This document shows positions 50,944-60,965 of a stretch of 64,000 bases of DNA, piece by piece (the stretch's first letter is position 1; each line of letters opens with the position of its first letter). The position numbers and the translations under genes were made by a program. The notes under the pieces were generated by a model. The model was not told the origin of the DNA. It searched no databases and saw only the letters and a list, made by a program, of their open reading frames with translations. Source of the stretch: a virus (lineage: Duplodnaviria; Caudoviricetes); IMG/VR virus record IMGVR_UViG_2645727757_000001, positions 32,001 through 96,000 of that record. One strand, written 5' to 3'.

Positions 50944-52296
50944 CTTAATTTATTAACGTATAGCTCTTTATCTATACATCTAGAGATTACTCTCATTGGT
51001 AGCTCGTCCTAAAAGCTACTTCATCGGTTGGTCATTTCCAACCTAGCTTAGACTATATCATTCACCTATAAAGGCATTGCCCCGTTTTCGTGGAAGTTTT
51101 TATTGCCATATCATTAGACTTAGGCTCACTTCTAGTCGTTGAACCTCTCCAATATATTTCTATACTGGCTTGGTAACTGATTGTCCTTTAAGGAGTTCCC
51201 AGTTTTTACGGAGTTTTACTTCGACTACAGGATTTATTCATAAAATACTCTTTGAATTTATCTTTTTTCCTATTAAGATATATACTAGAACCATCATATA
51301 AGTAATCATATATTTTTTTTATTGAATTATGACCTCCATATGAAAGTATTTTTATATTCTTTGAGTTTATTAATTTTGTTTTATTTAAAGAACAGTTGTT
51401 AATAAGTTCTTCTTGGATGGATTCTAGTAATATTTTATTACCAGCTATAGAAAATATACATGCATATGATTTATAAATACCATATTTTCTTTTTATAACT
51501 CTTTCTGAAAAACTTATGCTTCCATCGCCATCAAAATAACCTCTTATAAAATGTCTTTTTAAGTCATTATTTATATTTGGGAATTTAACATTTTTAGTCT
51601 TATTTTCAGTAAAACCAAATTTTTTTAAATCCATTGTTAATTTCCTTGAATATAGATTTAATGTAGCTATATCATACGCTTCTTCTTTGATAGGCGCATT
51701 GCTATTTAAAAATTTTTTAAAATAGTGCAATATATCAATATCTCTTTTATTTATAGAGATTCTTGTTATTCTATCTCTTGAATTGCATCCATCTGCAAGT
51801 AAAAATCCTAGAAGATATGCTTTTATTTCTGTATCTATTTTTTCAAAGAAATTTTCATTTAAACTATATTTTCTATATTCATTAAGATTTCTTTTTTTAA
51901 CACCATATCGCTTTAATATATCATAAAACATTAGCTCTTTAATGTTTAAATATCTTGATATTTTAGTTCCACCTATATTTGTATTTGTATAAAATTTTAT
52001 AGCTAACTTTTCTTGGGATTTAGTACACTTCCAATTATTATTTCTTTCTTTTAAATAATTATTAACTATAGCTCCAATTATAGGTTCGCTTTTTAGAACT
52101 ATCTCTGATATTTCTTTATGCGTTTTACCTCTACAATATAGTACAACTACTCTTTTTTTAAATTCAAAACTATAATTTGATAAATTCGGTTTCCATGTAG
52201 GCATTGAATATCACCTCTATATTATAATATCGGATTAATATTATAATATAGTAATCACATATAACGCTAGTATATTATGAAAAAAGTTTTTGTTTA
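50944..52296 (-). mobile_element. Group I intron in recA (1353 nt) carrying a LAGLIDADG endonuclease in the P1 loop
   Basis: The 5' exon ends in U and the intron ends in G. R element GTTCAACGACTA (51144-51133), S element GATATAGTCT (51059-51050). Guide CCTGTA-GTCGAA (51231-51220) pairs with both exons. Confidence 0.92.
51206..52204 (-). CDS. Intron-encoded LAGLIDADG homing endonuclease
   Basis: AYLLGFLLADG and FIRGYFDGDG motifs, N-terminal HTH, YLNRKKDKF. Confidence 0.92.
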   Translation of the reverse strand: MPTWKPNLSNYSFEFKKRVVVLYCRGKTHKEISEIVLKSEPIIGAIVNNYLKERNNNWKCTKSQEKLAIKFYTNTNIGGTKISRYLNIKELMFYDILKRYGVKKRNLNEYRKYSLNENFFEKIDTEIKAYLLGFLLADGCNSRDRITRISINKRDIDILHYFKKFLNSNAPIKEEAYDIATLNLYSRKLTMDLKKFGFTENKTKNVKFPNINNDLKRHFIRGYFDGDGSISFSERVIKRKYGIYKSYACIFSIAGNKILLESIQEELINNCSLNKTKLINSKNIKILSYGGHNSIKKIYDYLYDGSSIYLNRKKDKFKEYFMNKSCSRSKTP

Positions 52297-52757
52297 ATCG
52301 AATTTATTACCATCATATCAAATTTACCAGAATCAACTAAAGCTCTTAATACATCAAATCCTTGCTCTGCTGGAATATTTGCTTGATCCCAATAAGCTAT
52401 ACATGATATATCAACACCAAGGCTTTCTAAGTATTCTGGATCAACGGAAGATTCAGTTTCATACCATCCTACCATAAATGTTCTTCCTTCTTCTTTAGCC
52501 TTTTGTTGATTCTTTTTTATAATCTCAATAGCCATAGAAGTTTTTCCACTACTTTCTGGACCAAATAATTCTATTATTTTTCCTTCCGCTACACCTCCGT
52601 ATAGCATTAAGTCAAATTCATAAGAAGGAGAACTTAACCTTTTAACTGTCATTTTATCTTTTATATCACCCATAAACGATACTGTATTGGCTCCAAATCT
52701 TTTATTTATATTGGCCATAACAGTATTTAAATTTACATTTCCTTTACTAGCACTCAT
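52297..52757 (-). CDS. recA: RecA, exon 1
   Basis: GGVAEGKIIELFGPESSGKT (Walker A), LGVD, EQGF; ends at the Walker B region MMVINS. Confidence 0.93.
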
Positions 52758-52769
52758 ATATAAATACCT

Positions 52770-53081
52770 CTATACTTTTAATACCCTTTTTTTAAGGTCA
52801 TTTAAAGATGATAGTAATGTATCTTTAGCACCTTTAATTTCAGTATCTTTTAATGTGTTGGCTAATATAATCATATCATCTATAATTTTTTCAAGGTCTA
52901 TGATATTGCAATCATATAAAAATTCTGATTGTTCCTTGCTTAATTTCAAAGATAAAGCTACATCAGTAGTGATTTGCTTTTTTATATCTTCACAACCTTC
53001 TAGTTCTAAAGCTCTATAATAATATAATATTGAAGTTAAGAGAGCATTTTTAGCTCCCTTAACCTTATTATCATTTATCAA
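52770..53081 (-). CDS. Hypothetical protein
   Basis: 103 aa, coupled to ssb. Confidence 0.55.
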   Translation of the reverse strand: MINDNKVKGAKNALLTSILYYYRALELEGCEDIKKQITTDVALSLKLSKEQSEFLYDCNIIDLEKIIDDMIILANTLKDTEIKGAKDTLLSSLNDLKKRVLKV

Positions 53082-53551
53082 AATGGCATATCTCCTGCAT
53101 CATAATTATCATAATAATCATCTGGAGGCATATCTCCTCCATTATTATAATTATTGTTGTTATTATAATTATTGTTATTGTTATTATTGTTATTATTTGA
53201 ACCAGAATCGCTTAAAGTAAATGAAACTTGTTCTACATTCAAGTAAGAACCAAATGTTTTATTACCGAAATCATCAGTTTTTTCGTATGATCTATAAGAT
53301 GCAAGTACTTTAATAGGTTTTCCCTTAGAGAAATATGAAGCAATAAAATCAGCAGATTTTCCATAAGCTATTAAATTTATAAAATCAGCATCTTGTGCTC
53401 CATTTTGTTTTTGCTTTGTTGTTAAATTTCTTGCTACCGCTATAGTAATTGATACTTTAGAGAAAGCATTTTCTCCTGTACCTACAACCGATTTGTTTGG
53501 ATCTTTTACAAGTCTACCCTCAAAAGAACAAAAATTATTAATATTTAACAT
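53078..53551 (-). CDS. ssb: Single-stranded DNA-binding protein
   Basis: GRLVKDP, ADFI, YFSKG, acidic tail ending DMPF. Confidence 0.92.
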   Translation of the reverse strand: MLNINNFCSFEGRLVKDPNKSVVGTGENAFSKVSITIAVARNLTTKQKQNGAQDADFINLIAYGKSADFIASYFSKGKPIKVLASYRSYEKTDDFGNKTFGSYLNVEQVSFTLSDSGSNNNNNNNNNNYNNNNNYNNGGDMPPDDYYDNYDAGDMPF

Positions 53552-53575
53552 GATATCACCTAACCTTTCTTTTTA

Positions 53576-53830
53576 TTAATCAGCATCACCAAAAATGCTA
53601 TAATTATATATGCTTTCAGCTATAGCTGCCGTAATTAAATAAGCATCTTTCATCGTTGCATTTTCCTCAATAATAATATCTATTATCTTGTCATAAATTC
53701 TTAAAGCTTTTTCTAATTGTTCATCTTCTTTATTTATACTTTTATCAACGATGTTTTTAATTTCACTTTTATCTACTCTTTTTTCAACTAAAGTATTGTT
53801 CATTTTTTCACTTTGATAAGTAATATCCAT
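53576..53830 (-). CDS. Hypothetical protein
   Basis: 84 aa, GAGG RBS. Confidence 0.55.
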   Translation of the reverse strand: MDITYQSEKMNNTLVEKRVDKSEIKNIVDKSINKEDEQLEKALRIYDKIIDIIIEENATMKDAYLITAAIAESIYNYSIFGDAD

Positions 53831-53848
53831 ACATTTATACCTCGCTTT

Positions 53849-56137
53849 TTAATCTAATGTGAAATCAAAATTATTGCTTACTTTTGGAGCTTCTTTAATT
53901 TCGATATTGTTGTTATATTTTTTAGTAGGTTCTTTAATGTCAGATACTTTTTTGGAAGTATCAACTGAAATATTTTTGAAAATATTGTTATATTTTCCTG
54001 TGAAGGTTAAAACAGAACCCTCCAAGAACTGATTTTTAAACTTATGAAATGCTTTTGAGAATAAATTAACTCTAAATAATGTTCCATTTTTATCTTTTAA
54101 TATAGCAGCTAAAAATTGTTTGGAATTTTTAGTGTATTTAATTTCTGAACTTATTACTATTCCTGATGTAGTTACCTTGCTATTCATTTTACAAGCACTT
54201 AAATCTGTATATGGTAATCCATCCGCAGGATTGGAAGAAATAAAATCTCCTAAATAATCAAATTCATATTTAAACTTATCTATATCACTATAGGAAGCAA
54301 CATTTAGTAGTTCTTTGCCTTTATTTTTCTTGCTTTTAATATACTCATTGTACAATTCATGTCTGTTGCTGTTTATTTCATCGAAGCAACCAGATAATAT
54401 TAAGCTAACTTCAACTTTCATATCTACGGGGCATTTTTTATTGCCACTGGACGTATAATTATCGGCAAACAGATTAATATTTTCCTTTGAGTGCATTTCA
54501 TCGTAAAATTCTTTGAAGGAATTAAATTTACCAACCTTTTTTCTTATATTTAAAATATAGTTTATTGCACTTAATCCAACGTTTTTAATGGCAATAAATC
54601 CATATCTTATTTCATTTTCTTTATTTGAAGAGAATCCAGCTATGCTATGATTTATTGAAGGAGGAAGTACATCAACACCTCTTCTTCTACATTGTTGCAA
54701 TGTTGCTGATATTTTTTCACTATCATCTAAGTTCTTTAGACAACCTAAAGCCCATTCTACAGGGTGATGGAAACTTAAATATGCAGTTTTATATCCTACA
54801 AAGCCATAGGCAACACTATGAGATTTATTAAAAGCATATTTACAGAACTCTTCCATAATATCGAAAATATCTCTAGCTAATTTTTCATCAAAGTTATTGT
54901 TAATAGCTCCTATACACCAGTCACTATCTTCTTCACTTAAACCAATAACTTTTTTATCTTTTCCAATTCCTTCATATATAGATTTTTTACCATATATGAA
55001 TTCATTACGAATTTCGGGAATCATAGAAAGTTTCTTTTTTGCAAGAGGTTTTCTTATTCTGCTATCGGCTCCGCCTAAGTTATATCCTGCCATTACTTGT
55101 CCTAATCTCATACAATCTTCTTGGTAGAGAATTGTACCGTATGTTTCTTCTAAAATCCAGTCAATTCGTTCATCTAATTCTGGTACATCACCAGTTCTTT
55201 TTCTTTCAGCATACATATCCGCCATTGAAAGCCCAGTTTGCTTATTTTTAGCTAACGGTCCAGGGCGATTTGAGGCGTTAACAGCAACTAAATCCTCAAA
55301 TTTATTTACATTATAATCATATAATAATTTTATAGCTCCTTGTCCTGCCATCTGGAAGATATTAGTTGTGTCTCCATTACGAAGCATTTTATAAATCTTC
55401 TTATCACTTACATCTTCACTATCATACCAATCCCAATCTAAACCTGCTAAATCCATAGCATCTTTAATCTGATCTAATGTTCTAAGACCTAAAGCATCTA
55501 TTTTAAGTAACTTATAAAAGTCAACATCTGCCATATCAGCTTGTATTATAGGAAGTACTGCTGTATTGGAACCTGTTTCGATAGGTAAGTGATTTCTTAA
55601 TGGTTCATTTGAAATGATAACTCCACCAGCATGAATACCTTTTGAAGCAATAGCTCCGCCTAAATTTTCTAAAGCTAAACCTACCTCTGGATATTTTTCT
55701 ATCATAATTTCAAGTTTTTCTACAGTAGAAACTATGTTATCAAATTCAGCTTCGGTAAGCTCATAGTCATTAGGATTCTTATAAGCATTTAATAATGTTT
55801 TATAAGATAAAGGTTCTTCCCCTATAAAAGAAGGAGCATATTTCGTTAAGTCATTTACTTCATCAAATTTATCTGGAGCAAGAACTGACATAACTGCTTT
55901 TATTAAATTTTTAAATTTATATTCAGTAAAAGTTATAATTTGAGAAACATATTCTATACCGTATTTCTCTTTAAGATATAATATAGCTTTAGCTCTATCT
56001 CTCTTGGAAATATCGGTGTCTATATCAGGAGCTTCCATTCTTAATGGATTTAAAAATCTCTCAAATAATAAATTATATTTTATCGGGTCTATTTTAGTTA
56101 TATCTAATACATAAGCTACAATTGATCCAGCTCCACT
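53849..56137 (-). CDS. dnaE: DNA polymerase III alpha, exon 2
   Basis: SGAGS.VAY, LLFERFLNP, PDIDTD, HAGG, KIDALGL, YAFNKSHS and a C-terminal OB fold. Spliced product is 1134 aa. Confidence 0.95.
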   Translation of the reverse strand, partial: SGAGSIVAYVLDITKIDPIKYNLLFERFLNPLRMEAPDIDTDISKRDRAKAILYLKEKYGIEYVSQIITFTEYKFKNLIKAVMSVLAPDKFDEVNDLTKYAPSFIGEEPLSYKTLLNAYKNPNDYELTEAEFDNIVSTVEKLEIMIEKYPEVGLALENLGGAIASKGIHAGGVIISNEPLRNHLPIETGSNTAVLPIIQADMADVDFYKLLKIDALGLRTLDQIKDAMDLAGLDWDWYDSEDVSDKKIYKMLRNGDTTNIFQMAGQGAIKLLYDYNVNKFEDLVAVNASNRPGPLAKNKQTGLSMADMYAERKRTGDVPELDERIDWILEETYGTILYQEDCMRLGQVMAGYNLGGADSRIRKPLAKKKLSMIPEIRNEFIYGKKSIYEGIGKDKKVIGLSEEDSDWCIGAINNNFDEKLARDIFDIMEEFCKYAFNKSHSVAYGFVGYKTAYLSFHHPVEWALGCLKNLDDSEKISATLQQCRRRGVDVLPPSINHSIAGFSSNKENEIRYGFIAIKNVGLSAINYILNIRKKVGKFNSFKEFYDEMHSKENINLFADNYTSSGNKKCPVDMKVEVSLILSGCFDEINSNRHELYNEYIKSKKNKGKELLNVASYSDIDKFKYEFDYLGDFISSNPADGLPYTDLSACKMNSKVTTSGIVISSEIKYTKNSKQFLAAILKDKNGTLFRVNLFSKAFHKFKNQFLEGSVLTFTGKYNNIFKNISVDTSKKVSDIKEPTKKYNNNIEIKEAPKVSNNFDFTLD

Positions 56138-57116
56138 CATTTATACCCTGGTTTTCACCATATTTACATTCTATAAAAGAATAGGGATTAGACTATATCT
56201 TCATCCTATTTCTAGGAGCAACGCACTTCAAAGGGTAGCATCTCCCTCTTACATAATAGTCGTTTGACTTTTTTATTTGTTGTAAGTTTTATAATCTATA
56301 ATTTTTTTCACAGATTTCCATGTCATATTATATTTTTTACTTAAAGATGATATAGAGTAACCTTCTTTATGTCTTTGTCTTATATCTTCTGCATCTTGTA
56401 ATGTCAATTTTCTTTGTGTCTTCTGCATTTTTATAGGCTCTTTATCTTTATCAAAATTATAATATCTACAATTTAGAATATCTGCTATAGTTGTTTTAGA
56501 AACATTATATTTGATAGCTAGTTTTCTTTGGGAAGTATTTGAAGTTAAATATTCTTTTCTTATTTCATCAGCTTGTAAATCAGTTAAACTTCTATTTTTA
56601 GGTTTTTTTGCTTTATTTAAACCTGTGGCAAAAGCGTGTAACTGATTTTCACCGTTTGTACACCATTCTAAATTAGAAACATTATTATTACTCTTATCTC
56701 CATCCTTATGATTTACTTGTGGTAAATTATTAGGATTTTCTATATAAGTTATTGCTACTAATCTATGAATTCTGTACGATTTTTTATTCAACTTTATTCC
56801 TTCATAACCTTTTCTATTTATAGATGTTTTTAAATACTTATTTGTAATTGTTGAATAAATTCTACCGTCTTCATCTATTAAATATTTTTCTAAACCTTCT
56901 ATATTTATAGTTTTCACAATAATCACCTCTGATTATTAATTATACAACAAATAAACTTAGCACAGGATAGGCTTGTCGTATAGATTTAGCTTTCCCTGTT
57001 AGCATAACTTCTATTACTCATTTCCTAGTAATCCTAACCGTAAGTTATACACCCTCTTGCAATAAAGGTTCACGTTGTTTTACTTAGTAAATTACTCTAC
57101 TAAGGAGGCCATATTA
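56138..57116 (-). mobile_element. Group I intron in dnaE (979 nt) carrying an HNH endonuclease
   Basis: The exon ends GGT and the intron ends G, restoring GRG-SGAGS. P1 GAGGU/GCCUC. R element GTCAAACGACTA (56268-56257), S element AAGATATAGTCT (56201-56190). Confidence 0.93.
56273..56926 (-). CDS. Intron-encoded HNH homing endonuclease (I-HmuI/NUMOD4-like) with C-terminal HTH repeats
   Basis: HRLVA...VNHKDGDKSNNNVSNLEWCT..EN..HA; two LT..A..IR HTH modules. The start may be the GTG at 56917. Confidence 0.9.
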   Translation of the reverse strand: MIIVKTINIEGLEKYLIDEDGRIYSTITNKYLKTSINRKGYEGIKLNKKSYRIHRLVAITYIENPNNLPQVNHKDGDKSNNNVSNLEWCTNGENQLHAFATGLNKAKKPKNRSLTDLQADEIRKEYLTSNTSQRKLAIKYNVSKTTIADILNCRYYNFDKDKEPIKMQKTQRKLTLQDAEDIRQRHKEGYSISSLSKKYNMTWKSVKKIIDYKTYNK

Positions 57117-58232
57117 ACCTCTTCCTGGACCTAAAGGTATACCAGCTTTTCTACAATATAAAAACCAATCCCAAAGTATTAAGAAATATCCAGCATATCC
57201 TTTAGAACAAATAACATCAAGTTCATAATTAAGTCTTTTAAGTCTTACTTCATAATCTTTTTGCTTTTTGTTTATATACTTTTTATTTAAACAATCAAAG
57301 GCTAGTTCTCTTAGATAAGTAGATTCATCATAGCCTTTAGGACATTTAAACTTAGGATATAACCCATTACTACTCTTTGGTTTTGGATCAATTTTGCATT
57401 GTTCTGAAATCTTTACTGTATTATCTATAGCTGATAATGGTATATCGTATTCTATACAATAATCTTTTAATTCATCATAGCTCATAAGATAATTTTCAGT
57501 ATCCATTCCATTTGGAAAGCCATCCATCTTTTTTAATATATTATGATATATTTTATCTTCCTTTTTTAAATAATGTGTATCTGTAGTAATAACCAGTTCA
57601 ATACCAGTTTCTTTTGATATTTGTACTAAGTCATTATTTACAAGTAGCTGTTGTGGAATTATATGAGGTTGAACCTCTAAATAAAAAGAATCAAAAATAG
57701 AGTTATAATAAATAGCTTTTTCTTTAGCTTTTTGATATTCTCCATTTAAGATTAATTTAGGAATTAAGCCACCTATACATCCACTCAAAGCTATTATTCC
57801 ATTTCCGTATTTCTCTAAAACACTATCTTCTGTTTGTGATTTACCTTCCGTTTTTGCGGATTTACTTTTCCTTTTTATTTTATGTGTTCCTGCATCGGAA
57901 GCTATATTATAAAGATTCTCTAATCCATCATTATTCTTGGCCAATAAAACCATGTGAAAAGAATCTCTATTTCCTTCTTCTCTTTCTTCACAATGATAAA
58001 TTTCGCATCCAATTATAGCATTAGTATACGTTGATACTTCACTATAAAATTTAACTAATGAATAAATATTTCCATGATCCGTTAATGCTATTCCAACAAT
58101 ATCATCTTTTGAATCATCTTCATTAGATTCTTTTGCTACTTTCGCATATTGATATGGTGCTACTATAGAATCTTTAATTGAATAAACAGTATGATTATGC
58201 AAATACGCAATTTTACCTAATGTTCTCACCAC
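57117..58232 (-). CDS. dnaE: DNA polymerase III alpha, exon 1 (PHP domain)
   Basis: HNHTVYS, ALTDHG, GCEIY, ALSGC, TDTHY; ends GPGRG. Confidence 0.95.
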
Positions 58233-58251
58233 TTTACTTCATAAAGTTATA

Positions 58252-58701
58252 TTAATAATGTTTAGATAATTCTTTAAGTTTTTCTAATTGAGTGTCGCTA
58301 ATATACATATATTGTTGTCTATTCTTATAGATATGATTAACATATTGTTTTAGTGTTCTAGCTCCTTTGTCTTTATTGCATCTTTTGCAGCAACATTTTA
58401 AATTGCTAGGTAAATCAGAACCTCCATTTTTGTAATAGCTCTTAGGAATTACATGGTCTATAGAGGCTTTACTTGACTTTTGATTGCAAATATAACAAAT
58501 GTTATTACTTTTTTTTATGATGGAATCTTTTATATTTCTTCTATCTTTTTTACTTAAAGCTAGACATAATTTATTTTTTCCTATCCAATAAGCACATTTT
58601 CTATCTATTAGTTTATTTGCTCTAATTAAACTTGTTTTACTTAAAAATTTACCCTCATTATCAAAAACTGAAATTATTTTTTTATTATCTTCATTATACA
58701 A
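58252..58701 (-). CDS. Free-standing HNH endonuclease with RRXRR/PLMP-like N-terminus
   Basis: CYIC...SIDHVIPKS..GG....NLKCCCKRCNKDKG; N-terminal VFDNEGKFLSKTSLIRANKL. Confidence 0.75.
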   Translation of the reverse strand: MYNEDNKKIISVFDNEGKFLSKTSLIRANKLIDRKCAYWIGKNKLCLALSKKDRRNIKDSIIKKSNNICYICNQKSSKASIDHVIPKSYYKNGGSDLPSNLKCCCKRCNKDKGARTLKQYVNHIYKNRQQYMYISDTQLEKLKELSKHY

Positions 58702-58746
58702 AATATCCCACCTTTTATAAATTATAACATTTAGAAATTCATTTTG

Positions 58747-59358
58747 CTACTCTTCTGTATCGTAAAGTATTTTCAACATATCATTATCTAAACTAAGTTT
58801 ATCTTTAATAAAGTTTTTAAATACTGAATCTTTTAAATTTTTTAATTCTTTTTCAATTATTTCATTAAATCTTTGAGATGACTGAACTAATGAATTTAGT
58901 AAATTTAATTTTTCTGTATAGCTTTCTTCTCTGGATAATAGTTGTTTAATTCTTGTTTCTTCATCTATCCATGTATATTGTGCATCTTCATATGGATCAT
59001 CCATAAATTTTTTTACATATACGTTACAATGTTTGCAATATAATATATCTATACAATATACAGGATGTAAAAAATATTCTTCTGAAATCATTATTTTCCC
59101 ACAATGTTTACATAAAGTTCCATGCATTTCTTCTTTAGTTAAAAGTGCACCATCTTTGTTAAACCAATTATTTTCTGCAATATCATTCTTACCAAGCTTA
59201 GGTGAGGTACAAATAGTTCCACAATGATTACATATATAAGTAGAATCATCCTCACGTCTTTTTACTAAATTCATTATCCTATTACAATTTTCACACACTA
59301 ACATAAAGTTACCTCCTAAAATTTTATTAAGCTTATAATGAATAAGCTCCATGTGCAT
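58747..59358 (-). CDS. Multi-zinc-ribbon protein
   Basis: CENC, CNHC, CKHC, CKHC; likely start MLVC after GGAGG. Confidence 0.6.
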   Translation of the reverse strand: MHMELIHYKLNKILGGNFMLVCENCNRIMNLVKRREDDSTYICNHCGTICTSPKLGKNDIAENNWFNKDGALLTKEEMHGTLCKHCGKIMISEEYFLHPVYCIDILYCKHCNVYVKKFMDDPYEDAQYTWIDEETRIKQLLSREESYTEKLNLLNSLVQSSQRFNEIIEKELKNLKDSVFKNFIKDKLSLDNDMLKILYDTEE

Positions 59359-59414
59359 AGCACTATGTAAAAAAATAAGGTCCTTAATAAAATTAAGAAC
59401 CTTATCTAAAATAT

Positions 59415-59792
59415 TTAATTTAATATATATCCAGTATCTCTTTCAATTTGTTCTATAGCTAATCTCTTTTGTTCCTCCAACATTTCTGTATCAAAACTAA
59501 ATTTTAATCCAGTTATTTCTTCTGATGATTCTTCTAACTCGTCTGTTTTTGAATTTAACTCTATAGCTAATCTAGGATCACAACAGTTAAGTAACATATT
59601 TCCTATAGTATCTAATACAAATAAATCTAACATAGTAGTAACTGTTACCTTACCATTTAAAGGACATTTTAATATAAACTTTGCTAAATTCTCTACATTA
59701 TTTTCTAATAAAATTTTATAATATGATCCTTCTCTATCATATATAATCCCATATACAAACTTGTCATTTTTAAAATCATCTCTGAAATCCAT
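59415..59792 (-). CDS. Hypothetical protein
   Basis: 125 aa, GAGGTG RBS. Confidence 0.6.
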   Translation of the reverse strand: MDFRDDFKNDKFVYGIIYDREGSYYKILLENNVENLAKFILKCPLNGKVTVTTMLDLFVLDTIGNMLLNCCDPRLAIELNSKTDELEESSEEITGLKFSFDTEMLEEQKRLAIEQIERDTGYILN

Positions 59793-59795
59793 ATA

Positions 59796-60335
59796 TTACA
59801 CCTCATTACCTTTAAGATTTTCTAATTCTTTTTCTAAATTTTTAAGCTTTTCTTTTTTCTTTTCAATACTTTCTATTTGTGATTTTAAATCCACTATTTC
59901 ATGCTCTAATTCAGAAGCTATTTTATTGTTATTATTTGTATTAAATTCTTTATATGATTTTTCTAAAACTTCTAACATAAATGATTGTATTATTTTATGT
60001 GCTTTTTCTTTATCTAATAAATATGAAAAATCTTCACTAATTATTTCGAAGCAATTATCACAAGCAGCACATGAACCTTCATATTTTAGTTCATATATTT
60101 CTGATATTAATTCATCCTTTGATTTATCTTCATATATTTTTTCTATAAACTTTCTATATAAAGTTGATTCATAGTATGATAAAGTGCTAATAAACTTTTT
60201 TTCAAATTCTGACTCACCAGTTGAATCAATGTATTTGTAATAATTATTAACACAATTTAATACTGGTAAATTTTCTATTGCTTCCTTTATTTCTTTATAG
60301 TTGTCTTTAAATATTTCATTAATTTTCATGTTCAA
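59796..60335 (-). CDS. Hypothetical coiled-coil protein
   Basis: 179 aa, GGAGG RBS. Confidence 0.6.
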   Translation of the reverse strand: MNMKINEIFKDNYKEIKEAIENLPVLNCVNNYYKYIDSTGESEFEKKFISTLSYYESTLYRKFIEKIYEDKSKDELISEIYELKYEGSCAACDNCFEIISEDFSYLLDKEKAHKIIQSFMLEVLEKSYKEFNTNNNNKIASELEHEIVDLKSQIESIEKKKEKLKNLEKELENLKGNEV

Positions 60336-60383
60336 TTCCTCCCTAAGCTCTTTTTATTTTACTCATATAGTTCTCCTTATATA

Positions 60384-60425
60384 AAAAGGATATGACTTTT
60401 AAATATTTATAAGTCATATCCTTTT
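60384..60425 (-). terminator. Intrinsic terminator
   Basis: AAAAGGATATGACTT...AAGTCATATCCTTTT. Confidence 0.7.
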
Positions 60426-60453
60426 AGTAAATATATTAATTTTTAATGTTACT

Positions 60454-60909
60454 TCATACTACTGAAATATTTTCTATTCTGACTATAACATCTTTTATAT
60501 TTTCAGAATCTTTTACTAGAGAAAATTCAAATAAAAATTTACCTTCATTATAAGTTATAACAAAGCTTTCTTTTATATCATCATAATTAAACATATCATC
60601 ATCAATAACATAGTAATTATTAAAATCTTCTAATGAAGTTTCTAATCCAAGTAGCTCTTCACCTAAAGATTCAAGTTTTTCTTGGATGATGAAATCTCTA
60701 TATACATCATATGGAATAAGTGTAATAGAATATATATAATTATTAAACCTATAACAATCTAATAATAAAAATTCTTCATTATCTTTGTTATATACAGTTT
60801 TATTTTTATTAAATATTACCTCATTTCTTGATATTTTATATCCAGAATTTAAAATAGCTCCTTCAATAGTGTTAAATTTTTTGTTAATTTCTAATTTTGT
60901 TGTACGCAT
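60454..60909 (-). CDS. Hypothetical protein
   Basis: 151 aa, GGAGG RBS. Confidence 0.6.
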   Translation of the reverse strand: MRTTKLEINKKFNTIEGAILNSGYKISRNEVIFNKNKTVYNKDNEEFLLLDCYRFNNYIYSITLIPYDVYRDFIIQEKLESLGEELLGLETSLEDFNNYYVIDDDMFNYDDIKESFVITYNEGKFLFEFSLVKDSENIKDVIVRIENISVV

Positions 60910-60965
60910 TATAACCCTCCTAAAATATTTTTTACGCTATTAACGTAATACATCTTATGTTAAGG

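Noticed and set aside
50944-50996. N-terminus MRVISRCIDKELYVNKLS of the ORF-track RecA fragment
   Set aside because: It is intron P9-region sequence, not protein. The same applies to the Met at 56140, whose G is the terminal G of the dnaE intron.
53141-53198. (TTG/TTA)n trinucleotide run, and a similar run near 45780-45840
   Set aside because: They encode Asn-rich flexible linkers in SSB and the annealing-like protein; ordinary low complexity.
50259-58232. recA and dnaE as pseudogenes, frameshifted genes or intein-containing genes
   Set aside because: In-frame stops and group I core elements are present, exact splice junctions restore conserved motifs, and there are no intein terminal motifs.
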